The notes below the pieces were generated by a model that saw only the letters and a list, made by a program, of their open reading frames with translations, did not search any database and was not told the DNA's origin. Of a DNA stretch of 64,000 nt, positions 9,777 to 20,470 are shown one piece after another. Origin of the DNA: an uncultured Solirubrobacteraceae bacterium (lineage in GTDB: Bacteria; Actinomycetota; Thermoleophilia; Solirubrobacterales; Solirubrobacteraceae); NCBI GenBank assembly GCA_963831105.1, contig CAWHOS010000006.1, forward strand, positions 39,107 through 103,106, given 5' to 3'. Position 1 is the stretch's first letter. Every line of letters begins with the position of its first letter. The translations under genes were made by a program, and so were the position numbers.

Positions 9777-11363
9777 ATGACCGCAGCCGCCGCCCACGAC
9801 GAAGCCTCGACCGCGCCCGCCCGAGCCGGGCTGGTGCTCGGGGCGCTGATCGCGGTCGCGGCCGTCGCGAACCTCGGCCTCGCCGTGGCGAACGTGGCGC
9901 TGCCGTCGATCGGCCAGCACTTCGACGCCTCCCAGACCGCACTCAACCTGATCGCGGTCGGGTACTCGCTCGGGCTCGCGGCGTCGGTGCTCTACCTGGG
10001 CGCCGTCGGCGACCGGTACGGGCGCAAGCGGCTGCTCGTCCTCGGCATGGTGCTCACGGTCCCCGCCGACTGCCTCGCGGCGTGGGCGCCGTCGGAGGAG
10101 GTCCTGATCGGGGCGAGGATCTTCGGGGGGCTCGCGGCGGGCATGGCCTACCCGACGACGCTGGCGCTGATCACGGCGCTCTGGTCGGGGCCGCTGCGGA
10201 CGGGCGCGATCGCGCTCTGGGCGGCGACGGGCGGGGCGATCAGCTCGCTCGGCCCGCTGTGCTCAGGGCTGCTGCTCGAGCACTACTGGTGGGGGTCGGT
10301 CTTCCTGATCACGCTGCCGCTCGCGGTGATCGCGCTGGTGATGGCGCTCAAGCTGGTGCCGGCCCACGTCAACGAGGCGACCGATCCGGTCGACAACCTC
10401 GGCGGCGTCCTGTCCGTCCTGCTCGTGGCCGCGCTGATCCTCGGGATCAACTTCGCGCCGGTCCCCGGCGAGACCGCGCTCGTGATCGGCCTGTTCGCGA
10501 TCGCGGCCGCCGCGCTCGTCGCCTTCTTCCTCCGCCAGCGCCGGGCCCCGAACCCGCTCTACGACCTCGACGCCGCCTCCCGGCCCACGTTCTGGGTCGC
10601 CGCGTGCGCGGGCCTGATCGTGTTCGGCTCGCTGATGGGGGCGATGTTCATCGGCCAGCAGTTCCTCCAGAACGTGCTCGGCTACTCGACCGTCGACGCC
10701 GGGCTCGCGATCCTGCCCGCAGCCGTGTGCATGGTCATCGTCGCGCCGCGCTCCGCGAAGCTCGTCGAGCGCAACGGGGCGAGGCAGACGCTGCTGTCCG
10801 GCTACGTGTTCGTGATGCTCGGCTTCCTGACGATGCTCCTGCTCTGGAAGGAGGACATCTCCTACTGGAAGGTCGCGCTCGGCTACGCCTTCGTGGGCAT
10901 CGGCGTCGGCCTCGCCGGTACGCCGGCGTCGCACTCGCTCACCGGTTCGGTGCCCGTCAAGCGGGTCGGCATGGCCTCGGGCACCGCCGACCTGCAGCGC
11001 GATCTGGGCGGCGCGATCATGCAGTCGATCTTCGGCGCGTTGCTGACCGCCGGCTATGCCAGCGCCGCGGGCGCCGCCGTCGCAGCGTCGGGCGACGACG
11101 TCAACGACACGGTGCAGGCCGAGCTCACGAAGTCGTTCTCGAGCGCGGTCGACACCGCGAAGGGCTACCCGGAGTCGGTTCAGGACTCGATCGTCGCGGC
11201 CGCGAAGACGGCGTTCCTGCAGGGCGACCAGTGGGCCTATCTCGCCGGGATCGTCGCCGTGCTGCTCGGCGCCGCCCTCGTGTTCTTCAAGTTCCCGAGA
11301 GCCGAGGAGGAGAAGCGGCTGCTCGCGGCCTACCACGCCGAGGACGCCGGCGCCGCCCCGTGA
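9777..11363 (+). CDS. MFS transporter, DHA2 (EmrB/QacA-like, 14-TM) family
   Basis: 528 aa. Motif A-like GAVGDRYGRKRLL. Long hydrophobic profile with a C-terminal soluble tail. Starts 3 nt after the cydB stop. Confidence 0.8.
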   Translation: MTAAAAHDEASTAPARAGLVLGALIAVAAVANLGLAVANVALPSIGQHFDASQTALNLIAVGYSLGLAASVLYLGAVGDRYGRKRLLVLGMVLTVPADCLAAWAPSEEVLIGARIFGGLAAGMAYPTTLALITALWSGPLRTGAIALWAATGGAISSLGPLCSGLLLEHYWWGSVFLITLPLAVIALVMALKLVPAHVNEATDPVDNLGGVLSVLLVAALILGINFAPVPGETALVIGLFAIAAAALVAFFLRQRRAPNPLYDLDAASRPTFWVAACAGLIVFGSLMGAMFIGQQFLQNVLGYSTVDAGLAILPAAVCMVIVAPRSAKLVERNGARQTLLSGYVFVMLGFLTMLLLWKEDISYWKVALGYAFVGIGVGLAGTPASHSLTGSVPVKRVGMASGTADLQRDLGGAIMQSIFGALLTAGYASAAGAAVAASGDDVNDTVQAELTKSFSSAVDTAKGYPESVQDSIVAAAKTAFLQGDQWAYLAGIVAVLLGAALVFFKFPRAEEEKRLLAAYHAEDAGAAP

Positions 11364-12562
11364 GCGGGCTCGCCGTCCCCGCCGCCGTCCAGGTCGAGCC
11401 CGAGGCGTTCCTCGCGGTCGTCGGCGTGGCGGCCGTCGCGGGCACGATCGCCGCGGTCGTGACGGGACGCGGGCTGCTGCTGCCGGCGGTCGTGGTCGAG
11501 CTCCTGCTCGGCGTGCTCATCGGGCCGCAGATGCTGGGCCTGGAGGTGTCCGAGTTCATCCAGTTCTTCGCCGACCTCGGGCTCGGGATGCTGTTCTTCT
11601 TCGCCGGCTACGAGATCGACCTGCGGCGGATCTCCGGGACGCCGTTGCGCCTCGGGGCGATCGGCTGGCTGCTCTCGCTCGCGCTGGCGTACGCGCTCGG
11701 GGGCGTCCTCGCGGCCGCGGGGGTCGTGCTCTCGCTGCTCTACACGGGCTCGGCGATCGCCACGACCGCGATCGGCACGCTGATCCCGATCCTGTCGGAC
11801 AGCGGCGAGCTGAGGACGCGCTTCGGGACGTTGCTGCTCGGCGCGGGAGCCGTCGGCGAGTTCGGGCCGATCCTGCTGATCACGCTGGTCCTGTCCACGG
11901 GCAGCCCGCTCCACCACGCGGCGATCCTGATCGCCTTCGTGGCGCTCGCGGTCGGGGTCGCGGTGGTCGCGGTGCGCTCCTCGGGCCGGACGATCCCGCT
12001 GTTCGAGCGTACGCTCGAGAAGAGCTCGCAGCTCGCCGTGCGCTGGATCGTCGTGCTCGTGTTCGCGCTGGCGCTGCTCGCTTCCGAGCTGGGCCTCGAC
12101 CTGCTGCTGGGCGGGTTCGCCGCCGGGCTGATCACGCGGCAGGTGCTCAAGACGCGCGAGGTCCCGGCGTTCGACTCGAAGCTCTCGGCGGTCGCCTTCG
12201 GGGTCTTCATCCCGTTCTTCTTCGTCGTCAGCGGGATGCAGTTGGACGTCGACGCGCTGTTCGCCAGCGTGTCGGGCGTCGTGAAGCTCGTCGTGTTCTT
12301 CGGGCTGTTCCTCGTCGTGCGCGGCGTGCCGGCGCTGCTGCTGTACCGGCAGGAGCTCGACCGCCGCGACCGTGTCGCGCTCGCCCTGTTCTCGTCGACG
12401 CAGCTCCCGCTCGTGATCGCGATCACGACGCTGGCGCAGGACGGCGGGCACATGCGGTCCTCGACCGCGGCGTCGCTGATCGGTGCCGCCGTGCTCTCGA
12501 CCCTCGTCTATCCGATCGTCGGCCTGCGGCTCCGGGGCGACCCACCGGCGGTGCCCGCGTGA
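11360..12562 (+). CDS. cation:proton antiporter (CPA2/Kef-like membrane domain)
   Basis: The GTG overlaps the MFS stop (GTGA). About 400 aa, polytopic, with ELLLGVLIGPQMLG and FFFAGYEIDLRRI segments typical of Na+/H+ exchanger-family proteins. Confidence 0.75.
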   Translation: MSGLAVPAAVQVEPEAFLAVVGVAAVAGTIAAVVTGRGLLLPAVVVELLLGVLIGPQMLGLEVSEFIQFFADLGLGMLFFFAGYEIDLRRISGTPLRLGAIGWLLSLALAYALGGVLAAAGVVLSLLYTGSAIATTAIGTLIPILSDSGELRTRFGTLLLGAGAVGEFGPILLITLVLSTGSPLHHAAILIAFVALAVGVAVVAVRSSGRTIPLFERTLEKSSQLAVRWIVVLVFALALLASELGLDLLLGGFAAGLITRQVLKTREVPAFDSKLSAVAFGVFIPFFFVVSGMQLDVDALFASVSGVVKLVVFFGLFLVVRGVPALLLYRQELDRRDRVALALFSSTQLPLVIAITTLAQDGGHMRSSTAASLIGAAVLSTLVYPIVGLRLRGDPPAVPA

Positions 12563-13860
12563 GCGCCGGCCCGGGTCCGCGGCGGTTCCTGCGCGCCCGC
12601 CTCCGGCTCGCGTCGGCGATGTGGGTGCCGGTGCTCGCCGCCAACGCGGCCGCGATCGTGCTCGCCCTCGCGCTGCCCGTGCTGGACGAGCGACGGGGGG
12701 ACGAGGGCCGGGCCCCGATCGGTCCCGCGGCCGCGGAGCAGATCTTCGGCGCGCTGGCGGCCGGGATGATCACGTTCACGGGCATCATCTTCTCGGCGGT
12801 CTTCGTCGCGGCGCAGATCCAGACATCCTCCTACTCGCCCAGGCTCGCGGCCCGGCTGCGGCGCGATCCCATCGTGATCGCGGGCCTGGCGCTCCCGACC
12901 GCGACCGCGACGTACGCGCTGTTCGCGATCGCGGCGGTCGACGTGCAGGCCGACCGCGCCGGGCCCGGCTTCGCGCCGACGCTGACCGTGCTCCTCGGGC
13001 TCGTCCTGCTCGTCGTCACGCTGGGGTCGTTCGTCGCGCTCGTACAGCGGGCGTTCGAGCTCACGCAGATCGGCGGGATCTTCCGCGGGCTGATGCGCAA
13101 GGCGGGCGCCGTGATCGACGACGTCCATCCCTACGGCGCCGCGGATGCACGGCAGGCGCAGGACCGGGCCTCCGACCCCGCTGCGACGGTCGTCGTGCAC
13201 GAGGGACCCGCCGCGGTCGTCGCGGCGGTCGATCGCGAGGCGCTCGTCCGCCTCGCGCGCGAAGGGGGCGGGTTCGTCGAGGTGCTCACCATGGTGGGCC
13301 AGTTCGTCGCGCCCGGGACCCCGATCCTGCGCGTCCACGGCGCCCGGACGGCGCCGGACGGCGCCCGCGCCCGGCGGGTCCTCGTGCTGGCCCGCCAGCG
13401 CACGATCGACCAGGACCCCGCGTTCGCGCTTCGCATGCTGGTCGACATCGCGATCCGCGCCCTCTCGCCCGCGGTCAACGATCCCACGACCGCGGTCCAG
13501 GCGCTCGACCGGCTCGAGGGGCTGCTCGTCGAGCTGCACCGGCGCGCTCCCGGGCCGCTCATGGTCGTGGACCGCGAGGGCGTCCCGGCCGGGCGCGTCC
13601 CGGCACCCACGTGGACGGACTACCTGGAGCTCGCCGTCACCGAGATCCGCCACTACGGCGGCGGCTCGGTCCAGGTCTGCAGGCGCCTGCACGCGCTCTA
13701 CGACCACCTGCTCGCCGAGGTCGACGGACCCGCCCGATCGCGCGTCGAGCTCGAACGGCGGCTGCTCGAGAAGGCGCTCGCCGGGGCGTTCCCCGACCCG
13801 GAGGACCAGGCGCTCGCCACGCGGCCCGACCGGCTCGGCCTCGGCGGGCCGCAGGTCTAG
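12559..13860 (+). CDS. DUF2254-type membrane protein
   Basis: The GTG overlaps the antiporter stop (GTGA). N-terminal 4-TM region (GMITFTGIIFSAVFVAAQ) plus a soluble C-terminal domain, the layout I associate with DUF2254. Confidence 0.6.
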   Translation: MSAGPGPRRFLRARLRLASAMWVPVLAANAAAIVLALALPVLDERRGDEGRAPIGPAAAEQIFGALAAGMITFTGIIFSAVFVAAQIQTSSYSPRLAARLRRDPIVIAGLALPTATATYALFAIAAVDVQADRAGPGFAPTLTVLLGLVLLVVTLGSFVALVQRAFELTQIGGIFRGLMRKAGAVIDDVHPYGAADARQAQDRASDPAATVVVHEGPAAVVAAVDREALVRLAREGGGFVEVLTMVGQFVAPGTPILRVHGARTAPDGARARRVLVLARQRTIDQDPAFALRMLVDIAIRALSPAVNDPTTAVQALDRLEGLLVELHRRAPGPLMVVDREGVPAGRVPAPTWTDYLELAVTEIRHYGGGSVQVCRRLHALYDHLLAEVDGPARSRVELERRLLEKALAGAFPDPEDQALATRPDRLGLGGPQV

Positions 13861-14330
13861 CGGCGCCGACCGCGTCGCAGCCCGTCGTCGGCGGCCGCCA
13901 CCGCCGCGACGTACGCGACGTGGGTGCCGATGCTCGTGGCGAGCACATCGGCCGGCCAGCGCCAGGGCGGCGGCGTGCGGCCGAGCATCGGGAAGAGCGT
14001 GAACGTCGCGGTCATCAGCACGCCGCCGAAGATCGCACTCGCGACCGGCTCGCGGACGCCACGGCGGAGTGCGCCGTGCAGGAGCCCGAAGGCGGACCCG
14101 TAGCTCCAGCGCAGGAGCAGCCCGAGCTCGTGCTCCTGCGCGTGGGTCACCTGGGGGAGATGCAGGATGCTCGCGACGATCTGGCCGGGCACGAGCCCGT
14201 CGTCGTAGTCGAGCTGGCCGAGGACGCTCGTGCGGACGTGATGCTCGGCGGCGTACGCGGCGGTCATCGTGGCGGTGCCGGCGGTCCCGGCCAGGACGCT
14301 CCGCACCGGCCAGCCCAGCCTGCGGGGCAC
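13857..14330 (-). CDS. small hypothetical membrane protein
   Basis: 157-aa ORF with high GC3, starting 4 nt after the GH15 stop on the same strand. Start codon uncertain (GTG 14330 or an internal ATG). Confidence 0.5.
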   Translation of the reverse strand: MPRRLGWPVRSVLAGTAGTATMTAAYAAEHHVRTSVLGQLDYDDGLVPGQIVASILHLPQVTHAQEHELGLLLRWSYGSAFGLLHGALRRGVREPVASAIFGGVLMTATFTLFPMLGRTPPPWRWPADVLATSIGTHVAYVAAVAAADDGLRRGRRR

Positions 14331-14333
14331 GGG

Positions 14334-16265
<1,932 letters not shown>

Positions 16266-16299
16266 GGCCTCGACGATCCCAGCGCGCTCCGCGCGCCGC

Positions 16300-16340
16300 G
16301 TCATCCGCTCCGGATGACCCGGATCACCTGGTTCGGATGA
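16300..16340. promoter_or_regulatory. two adjacent GGATGA-box palindromes in the divergent GH15/prsW region
   Basis: GTCATCCG-CTC-CGGATGAC (8-nt inverted arms, 16300-16318), followed by GGATCACCTGGTTCGGATGA (16321-16340). Confidence 0.4.
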
Positions 16341-16376
16341 GTTCACGCGCGCGAGCCGGATCTAGCGTTGCGCGGG

Positions 16377-17318
16377 ATGGCCATGGCTCCGACGCCACCC
16401 TCCGTGCCGGCTCACCACGAGCACTTCGTGCAGGTCCCGAGCCGGGTGTGGAAGGTCCTGCTGGGCCTCGGTGCCGGGGTGTGGCTCATCGCCGCGCTCA
16501 TCACCGAGATCACCGGCGACGAGATCCTCGTGCCCACCGTGATCATCGTGGGGAGCTTCCTGATCCCCGTCACCCTCGCGGCGTTCGCGCTCTCGCGGAA
16601 ACGCGAGGGATACCTGACCACCGAGGAGGTCCTGCTCGGCTTCCTCGGCGCGGGCACGCTCGGCCTGATCGCGACGGCCGTGGCCGAGGTCTATCTGCTG
16701 CCTGCCGCCGCGGGCACGTTCATCGCGGTCGGGGTCATCGAGGAGGTCGGCAAGGGCGCCGTGCTGCTCGCGGTGGCGCACCAGGTGCACCACAGGGAAC
16801 CGCGCGACGGGATGGTGCTCGGCGCGGTCATCGGGGCCGGCTTCGCGGCGTTCGAGAGCTCGGGCTACGCGCTGCAGGCGATGATCGACCACCTCGCCGC
16901 GCGGCCGTTGATCAGCATCGTCGAGATCGAGGCGTTCCGCGCGGTGCTGGCCCCCTTCGGGCACATCACCTGGACGGCCCTGCTCGGCGGCGCTCTCTTC
17001 GCGAGCTCACGGGCCGGCCGATTCCACGTGACGAGGCGCCTCGCCGGAACCCTCGCGGGCATCATCGCCCTGCACGCGTTGTGGGATCAGGCGAACGGTT
17101 GGTCGGTCATGCTCAGCAAGGGCGTGACCGGCGTGGGCTGGTCGCTCGTCTGGCCGAACGAGGAGCTCTGGGCCCTGGAGCCGAGTGCTCGCCAGCTGAT
17201 CTGGTCGACCGCCTTCTACAACGGGATCCTGGCGATCCTGTCACTCATCGGGCTGGTCTGGGTGCTCCGCGAATGGCGTGTCTATGGGCGATGGCACAGC
17301 GACCGGAAAGGATCGTGA
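16377..17318 (+). CDS. prsW: PrsW-family intramembrane metalloprotease
   Basis: Polytopic protein with the EEVGK, GAGFAAFES and HALWD motifs, matching the PrsW E-E-x-x-K / F-x-x-x-E / H pattern. Confidence 0.75.
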   Translation: MAMAPTPPSVPAHHEHFVQVPSRVWKVLLGLGAGVWLIAALITEITGDEILVPTVIIVGSFLIPVTLAAFALSRKREGYLTTEEVLLGFLGAGTLGLIATAVAEVYLLPAAAGTFIAVGVIEEVGKGAVLLAVAHQVHHREPRDGMVLGAVIGAGFAAFESSGYALQAMIDHLAARPLISIVEIEAFRAVLAPFGHITWTALLGGALFASSRAGRFHVTRRLAGTLAGIIALHALWDQANGWSVMLSKGVTGVGWSLVWPNEELWALEPSARQLIWSTAFYNGILAILSLIGLVWVLREWRVYGRWHSDRKGS

Positions 17319-17629
17319 TGGAAGCTCAGCGTCACAGCACCGAGGACAGCGGGCTGGTCGAGACACTCGGACTGTTCATCCTCGGGTCGCTGTTGGTCTG
17401 GCCCCGGCTCGTCATCCTCGGCTTCGCCATCGTCGACAGCGGGCTCATGCGCGGCGCCTTCGGGGGCTGGGTCGCCGCGGTCGCCGGATTCATCGTCCTG
17501 CCGTGGACGACGCTTGCATACGCGACGATGTGGAGCATCTCCTCCGACCAGGTGACGGGCTTCGAGTGGACTGCCGTCGGCGTCGCCGTGCTGATCGACA
17601 TCTGGACCTGGTCCGCCTTCCGCAGGTGA
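17318..17629 (+). CDS. small hypothetical membrane protein (about 103 aa, 3 TM)
   Basis: The ATG shares a base with the prsW stop (TGATG). Hydrophobic, high GC3. It is the only protein-like part of track ORF 16337..17629. Confidence 0.55.
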   Translation: MEAQRHSTEDSGLVETLGLFILGSLLVWPRLVILGFAIVDSGLMRGAFGGWVAAVAGFIVLPWTTLAYATMWSISSDQVTGFEWTAVGVAVLIDIWTWSAFRR

Positions 17630-17649
17630 GCGGTCGCCGGGTCGCCGGC

Positions 17650-17670
17650 CTCACTCGATCCGGATGACGA
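17650..17670. promoter_or_regulatory. GGATGA-box variant (CTCACTCGATCCGGATGACGA)
   Basis: Contains the ATCCGGAT palindrome and CGGATGAC. Lies 63 nt upstream of ATG 17733. Confidence 0.3.
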
Positions 17671-17732
17671 GCCGGGGCCGCCGCTCGCGTACGGTCGGTC
17701 GCGCGCATCGATCACGACTGAGAGGTGGACTC

Positions 17733-18605
17733 ATGTGCCGCTGGATGGCTTGGCTCGGGCAGCCGGTGCTGGTCGAGGAGCTGCTGTTCAACACGCAGCA
17801 CGGGATCGTGGATCAGAGCCTCCACGCCAGGATGGGCGCGGAGCCGACCAACGGCGACGGGATCGGCCTCGGGTGGTACGGCGGAGGCGACGGTCCTGGC
17901 GTCTATCGCAGCGTGTCGCCGGCCTGGTCGGACGCGAACCTGCGGGAGCTCGCGGCGCACATCGAGTCGCCGCTGTTCATGACCCACGTCCGTGCCGCGA
18001 TCGGGTCCCCGGTGCAGGAGACCAACTGCCACCCCTTCCGCGAGGGGCGGTGGCTGTTCGTACACAACGGCTACCTCGCGGGGTTCCAGGAGCTGCGGCG
18101 CGATCTCATGCTCGCGGTCGACCCCGTGCGCTTCGCGCGGATCCACGGCTCGACCGACACCGAGGTCGTCTTCCACCTCGCGCTGAGCTTCGGCCTCGAG
18201 GACGACCCGATCGACGCGCTCGAGCGCACCATCGGCTACATCGAGGCCACGGCGCGCGAGCACGGGATCGGCGCCGCCGTCCAGGGTACGTTCGGCGTCG
18301 CCGACGGCGACGCCCTGTGGGCGGTCCGCTATGCGAGCGAGGGCGTCCCGCGGTCGCTGTTCGCGTCAGCCGAGGTGGAGGCGATCCGTCGCCTGCACCC
18401 GGAGAACCCCCGCTTCCAGCAGCTCACCCCCGACGACCGGGTGATCGTCTCCGAGCCGTTCTCGGACCTGCCCGGCGTGTGGCACGAGATCGAGCCGGCG
18501 AGCGCGGTCACGGTGCGGCGGGGCGGCGTCCTCGAGCACCGGCCGTTCCGGCCTCGCCACACCGGCGCGCCCGCACTCGCGCGAGCGTTCGCACCGACCG
18601 GCTGA
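17733..18605 (+). CDS. class II (Ntn) glutamine amidotransferase, YafJ/EgtC-like
   Basis: Starts MC (Cys2 nucleophile), preceded by GAGAGGTGG. Contains THVRAA, NCHPF and FVHNG motifs. Confidence 0.75.
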   Translation: MCRWMAWLGQPVLVEELLFNTQHGIVDQSLHARMGAEPTNGDGIGLGWYGGGDGPGVYRSVSPAWSDANLRELAAHIESPLFMTHVRAAIGSPVQETNCHPFREGRWLFVHNGYLAGFQELRRDLMLAVDPVRFARIHGSTDTEVVFHLALSFGLEDDPIDALERTIGYIEATAREHGIGAAVQGTFGVADGDALWAVRYASEGVPRSLFASAEVEAIRRLHPENPRFQQLTPDDRVIVSEPFSDLPGVWHEIEPASAVTVRRGGVLEHRPFRPRHTGAPALARAFAPTG

Positions 18606-18609
18606 GCGG

Positions 18610-20418
18610 TCAGCGGACGAGCGCGGAGGCGACGACATCCGCGGCGGGCGAGCCCCAGCCCGTCGCCGTGTCGTAGCCCGCGCGCGCCGGACAGCACGAG
18701 CCGCCGAAGAGGGCGTTCGTGCCCAGGGTGACGTCCGTGAACGAGGCCGGATGGTGCTGCGCGAGGGCGTAGAGCAGCGGCGGGACGAACCCGGGCCTCG
18801 GCAGGCCCTGCGCGCGCGCCTGCTGATTCCACAGCGCGACCATGCCGGCGACGAGCGGCGCCGCGGCGCTCGTGCCGCCGACGAACGCGATGCTCTGCCC
18901 CGAACCCTTGCAGCCTTGGACTCCCTTGGAGCAGACGATCGGATAGCCGGGGCTCGGGTCGGCGAAGGCGGCGACGTCGGGAACCATGCGCTTGCCGGAG
19001 CTGCCGAACGACTGGGCGGGCTGCCACCACGGCCGCTGCTCGAAGGTGCTCGAGCCGCCGCCGCCTCCCGCGGTGGCGTCGAAGGGCGCCGGATAGGCGG
19101 TGTCGTTCCACACCCCCGTGGAGGCGATCGAGTTGTCGGCGCCGAGCGTCAGGTTGGTCCCCCCGACGGCCAGCACCCATGGCGACGAGGCCGGCCAGGA
19201 CACCTGCGGCTTCTTGTCGGCCGACGTCAGCTGGCCGGCGGAAACGCCGCGCGCGCACGCCGAGGACCCGGTGTCGCCCGCGGCGACCACGGTCGTGATG
19301 CCGAGCGCCGCGGTGGCGGTGAGCTGGCGCTCGACGAGCGTGCGCGCCGCCGTATAGGGCTTGACCAGCGACTCGCACTCGCCGTAGGACACCGAGATGA
19401 CATGGGGCAGCGGCGCGCCGTTGACGGTCGCCTGCAACGGCTGCGCGAGCAGCTCGAGGAAGCCTTCGGCGTCCCCGTCGTCGTCGTTCTCGCTGATCGG
19501 GTGCACCCACAGGTCGAAGCGCGAGAGCGCGGGCGCCACCGTGGAGGCCACCATCGCGTCCAGCGAGCTCTCGAGGATCGGCTTGATCGAGCCGGCGCCG
19601 TGGATCTTCAGCGCGGTGCCCTGGGTCCCGAAGCAGGTGCGGAACGTGTTCACGTCGGCGGCCGGCGTGGGCGCCTCGCCCACGATCGCGAGCCGTGCGC
19701 CCTGGCCCTCGAGCCCGGCGGCGTGCAGCGGCGCGATCCCGTAGGCGGCCTGGAGCTGGTTCGGGTACAGGCCGCTGCCCGAGGCGAGCGCGACGGGGAA
19801 GCTCGCGGGCACGCAGCCGAAGGCCGGTGTTCCCGTCCTCGTCGGGGACCCGCCGCCGGCGACCTGCGCGACCCGGGCGGCGGAGGATCCCCCGCCCGAG
19901 AGCTGCACGCGCATCCCGGCCACGGTGTCCACGTTGCCCTTGATGCCCTTCGGCAGCTTCGGCGTGCCGGCCGGCAGGGCCACCTTCGACCCCGAGCTGG
20001 TCTTGTAGACCTTCCACTTGGTCCCGAACAGCTTCTGCGCCTTGCCGACGGTCACGGAGGCGGTCGCGCGCAGGTGCGTGACGTCGACCTTCGCGCTCAC
20101 CCCCTCCGACTTGAACGCGTCGACGACCGACTTGCGCTTTGACGAGGACGCTCCGTAGCGGCTCTGCAGGGTGGACAGCGACGGGTAGGCGCCATAGGAG
20201 CCCGAGCCCGGGTCGCTCGCCGACTTGACTGCTCCGCGCAGGCCCGACTGGTTCGCGACGAAGCCCAGCTGCAACGTCAGCTCGAGCTTCTTCGACGCCG
20301 CCCCGACGGTCTTCAGGCCCTTGTGGGAGATCGGCCCGTAGTCGACGGAGGCCCCCGCGGCCGGGCTCGTGGCCGCGAGCGCGCCGGTGCAGAGGATCGC
20401 GGATCGCATTGCACGCAT
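18610..20418 (-). CDS. secreted S53 (sedolisin/kumamolisin-type) serine peptidase with propeptide
   Basis: Signal peptide, pro-kumamolisin-like N-terminal domain, ESSLDAM (E..LD) motif, and GGTSAAAP around the catalytic Ser. Confidence 0.8.
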   Translation of the reverse strand: MRAMRSAILCTGALAATSPAAGASVDYGPISHKGLKTVGAASKKLELTLQLGFVANQSGLRGAVKSASDPGSGSYGAYPSLSTLQSRYGASSSKRKSVVDAFKSEGVSAKVDVTHLRATASVTVGKAQKLFGTKWKVYKTSSGSKVALPAGTPKLPKGIKGNVDTVAGMRVQLSGGGSSAARVAQVAGGGSPTRTGTPAFGCVPASFPVALASGSGLYPNQLQAAYGIAPLHAAGLEGQGARLAIVGEAPTPAADVNTFRTCFGTQGTALKIHGAGSIKPILESSLDAMVASTVAPALSRFDLWVHPISENDDDGDAEGFLELLAQPLQATVNGAPLPHVISVSYGECESLVKPYTAARTLVERQLTATAALGITTVVAAGDTGSSACARGVSAGQLTSADKKPQVSWPASSPWVLAVGGTNLTLGADNSIASTGVWNDTAYPAPFDATAGGGGGSSTFEQRPWWQPAQSFGSSGKRMVPDVAAFADPSPGYPIVCSKGVQGCKGSGQSIAFVGGTSAAAPLVAGMVALWNQQARAQGLPRPGFVPPLLYALAQHHPASFTDVTLGTNALFGGSCCPARAGYDTATGWGSPAADVVASALVR

Positions 20419-20450
20419 CCGTCCATGCCACTCGCTCTCCCTTCCGGGCG

Positions 20451-20470
20451 CATCGTCCGGATGGGATGAG
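20451..20470. promoter_or_regulatory. GGATGA-box variant (CATCGTCCGGATGGGATGAG)
   Basis: Lies between the histidine kinase stop (20471) and the S53 ATG (20418). Contains TGGGATGAG. Confidence 0.3.

Noticed and set aside
8372-12562. 1396-aa ORF, the longest in the track
   Set aside because: It is a chimera of read-through. Only three stretches are protein-like: a cydA fragment, two cydB fragments, and the CPA2 antiporter from 11360. The rest is Arg/Ala/Gly/Pro-rich out-of-frame translation of the MFS gene, as expected in GC-rich DNA lacking stop codons.
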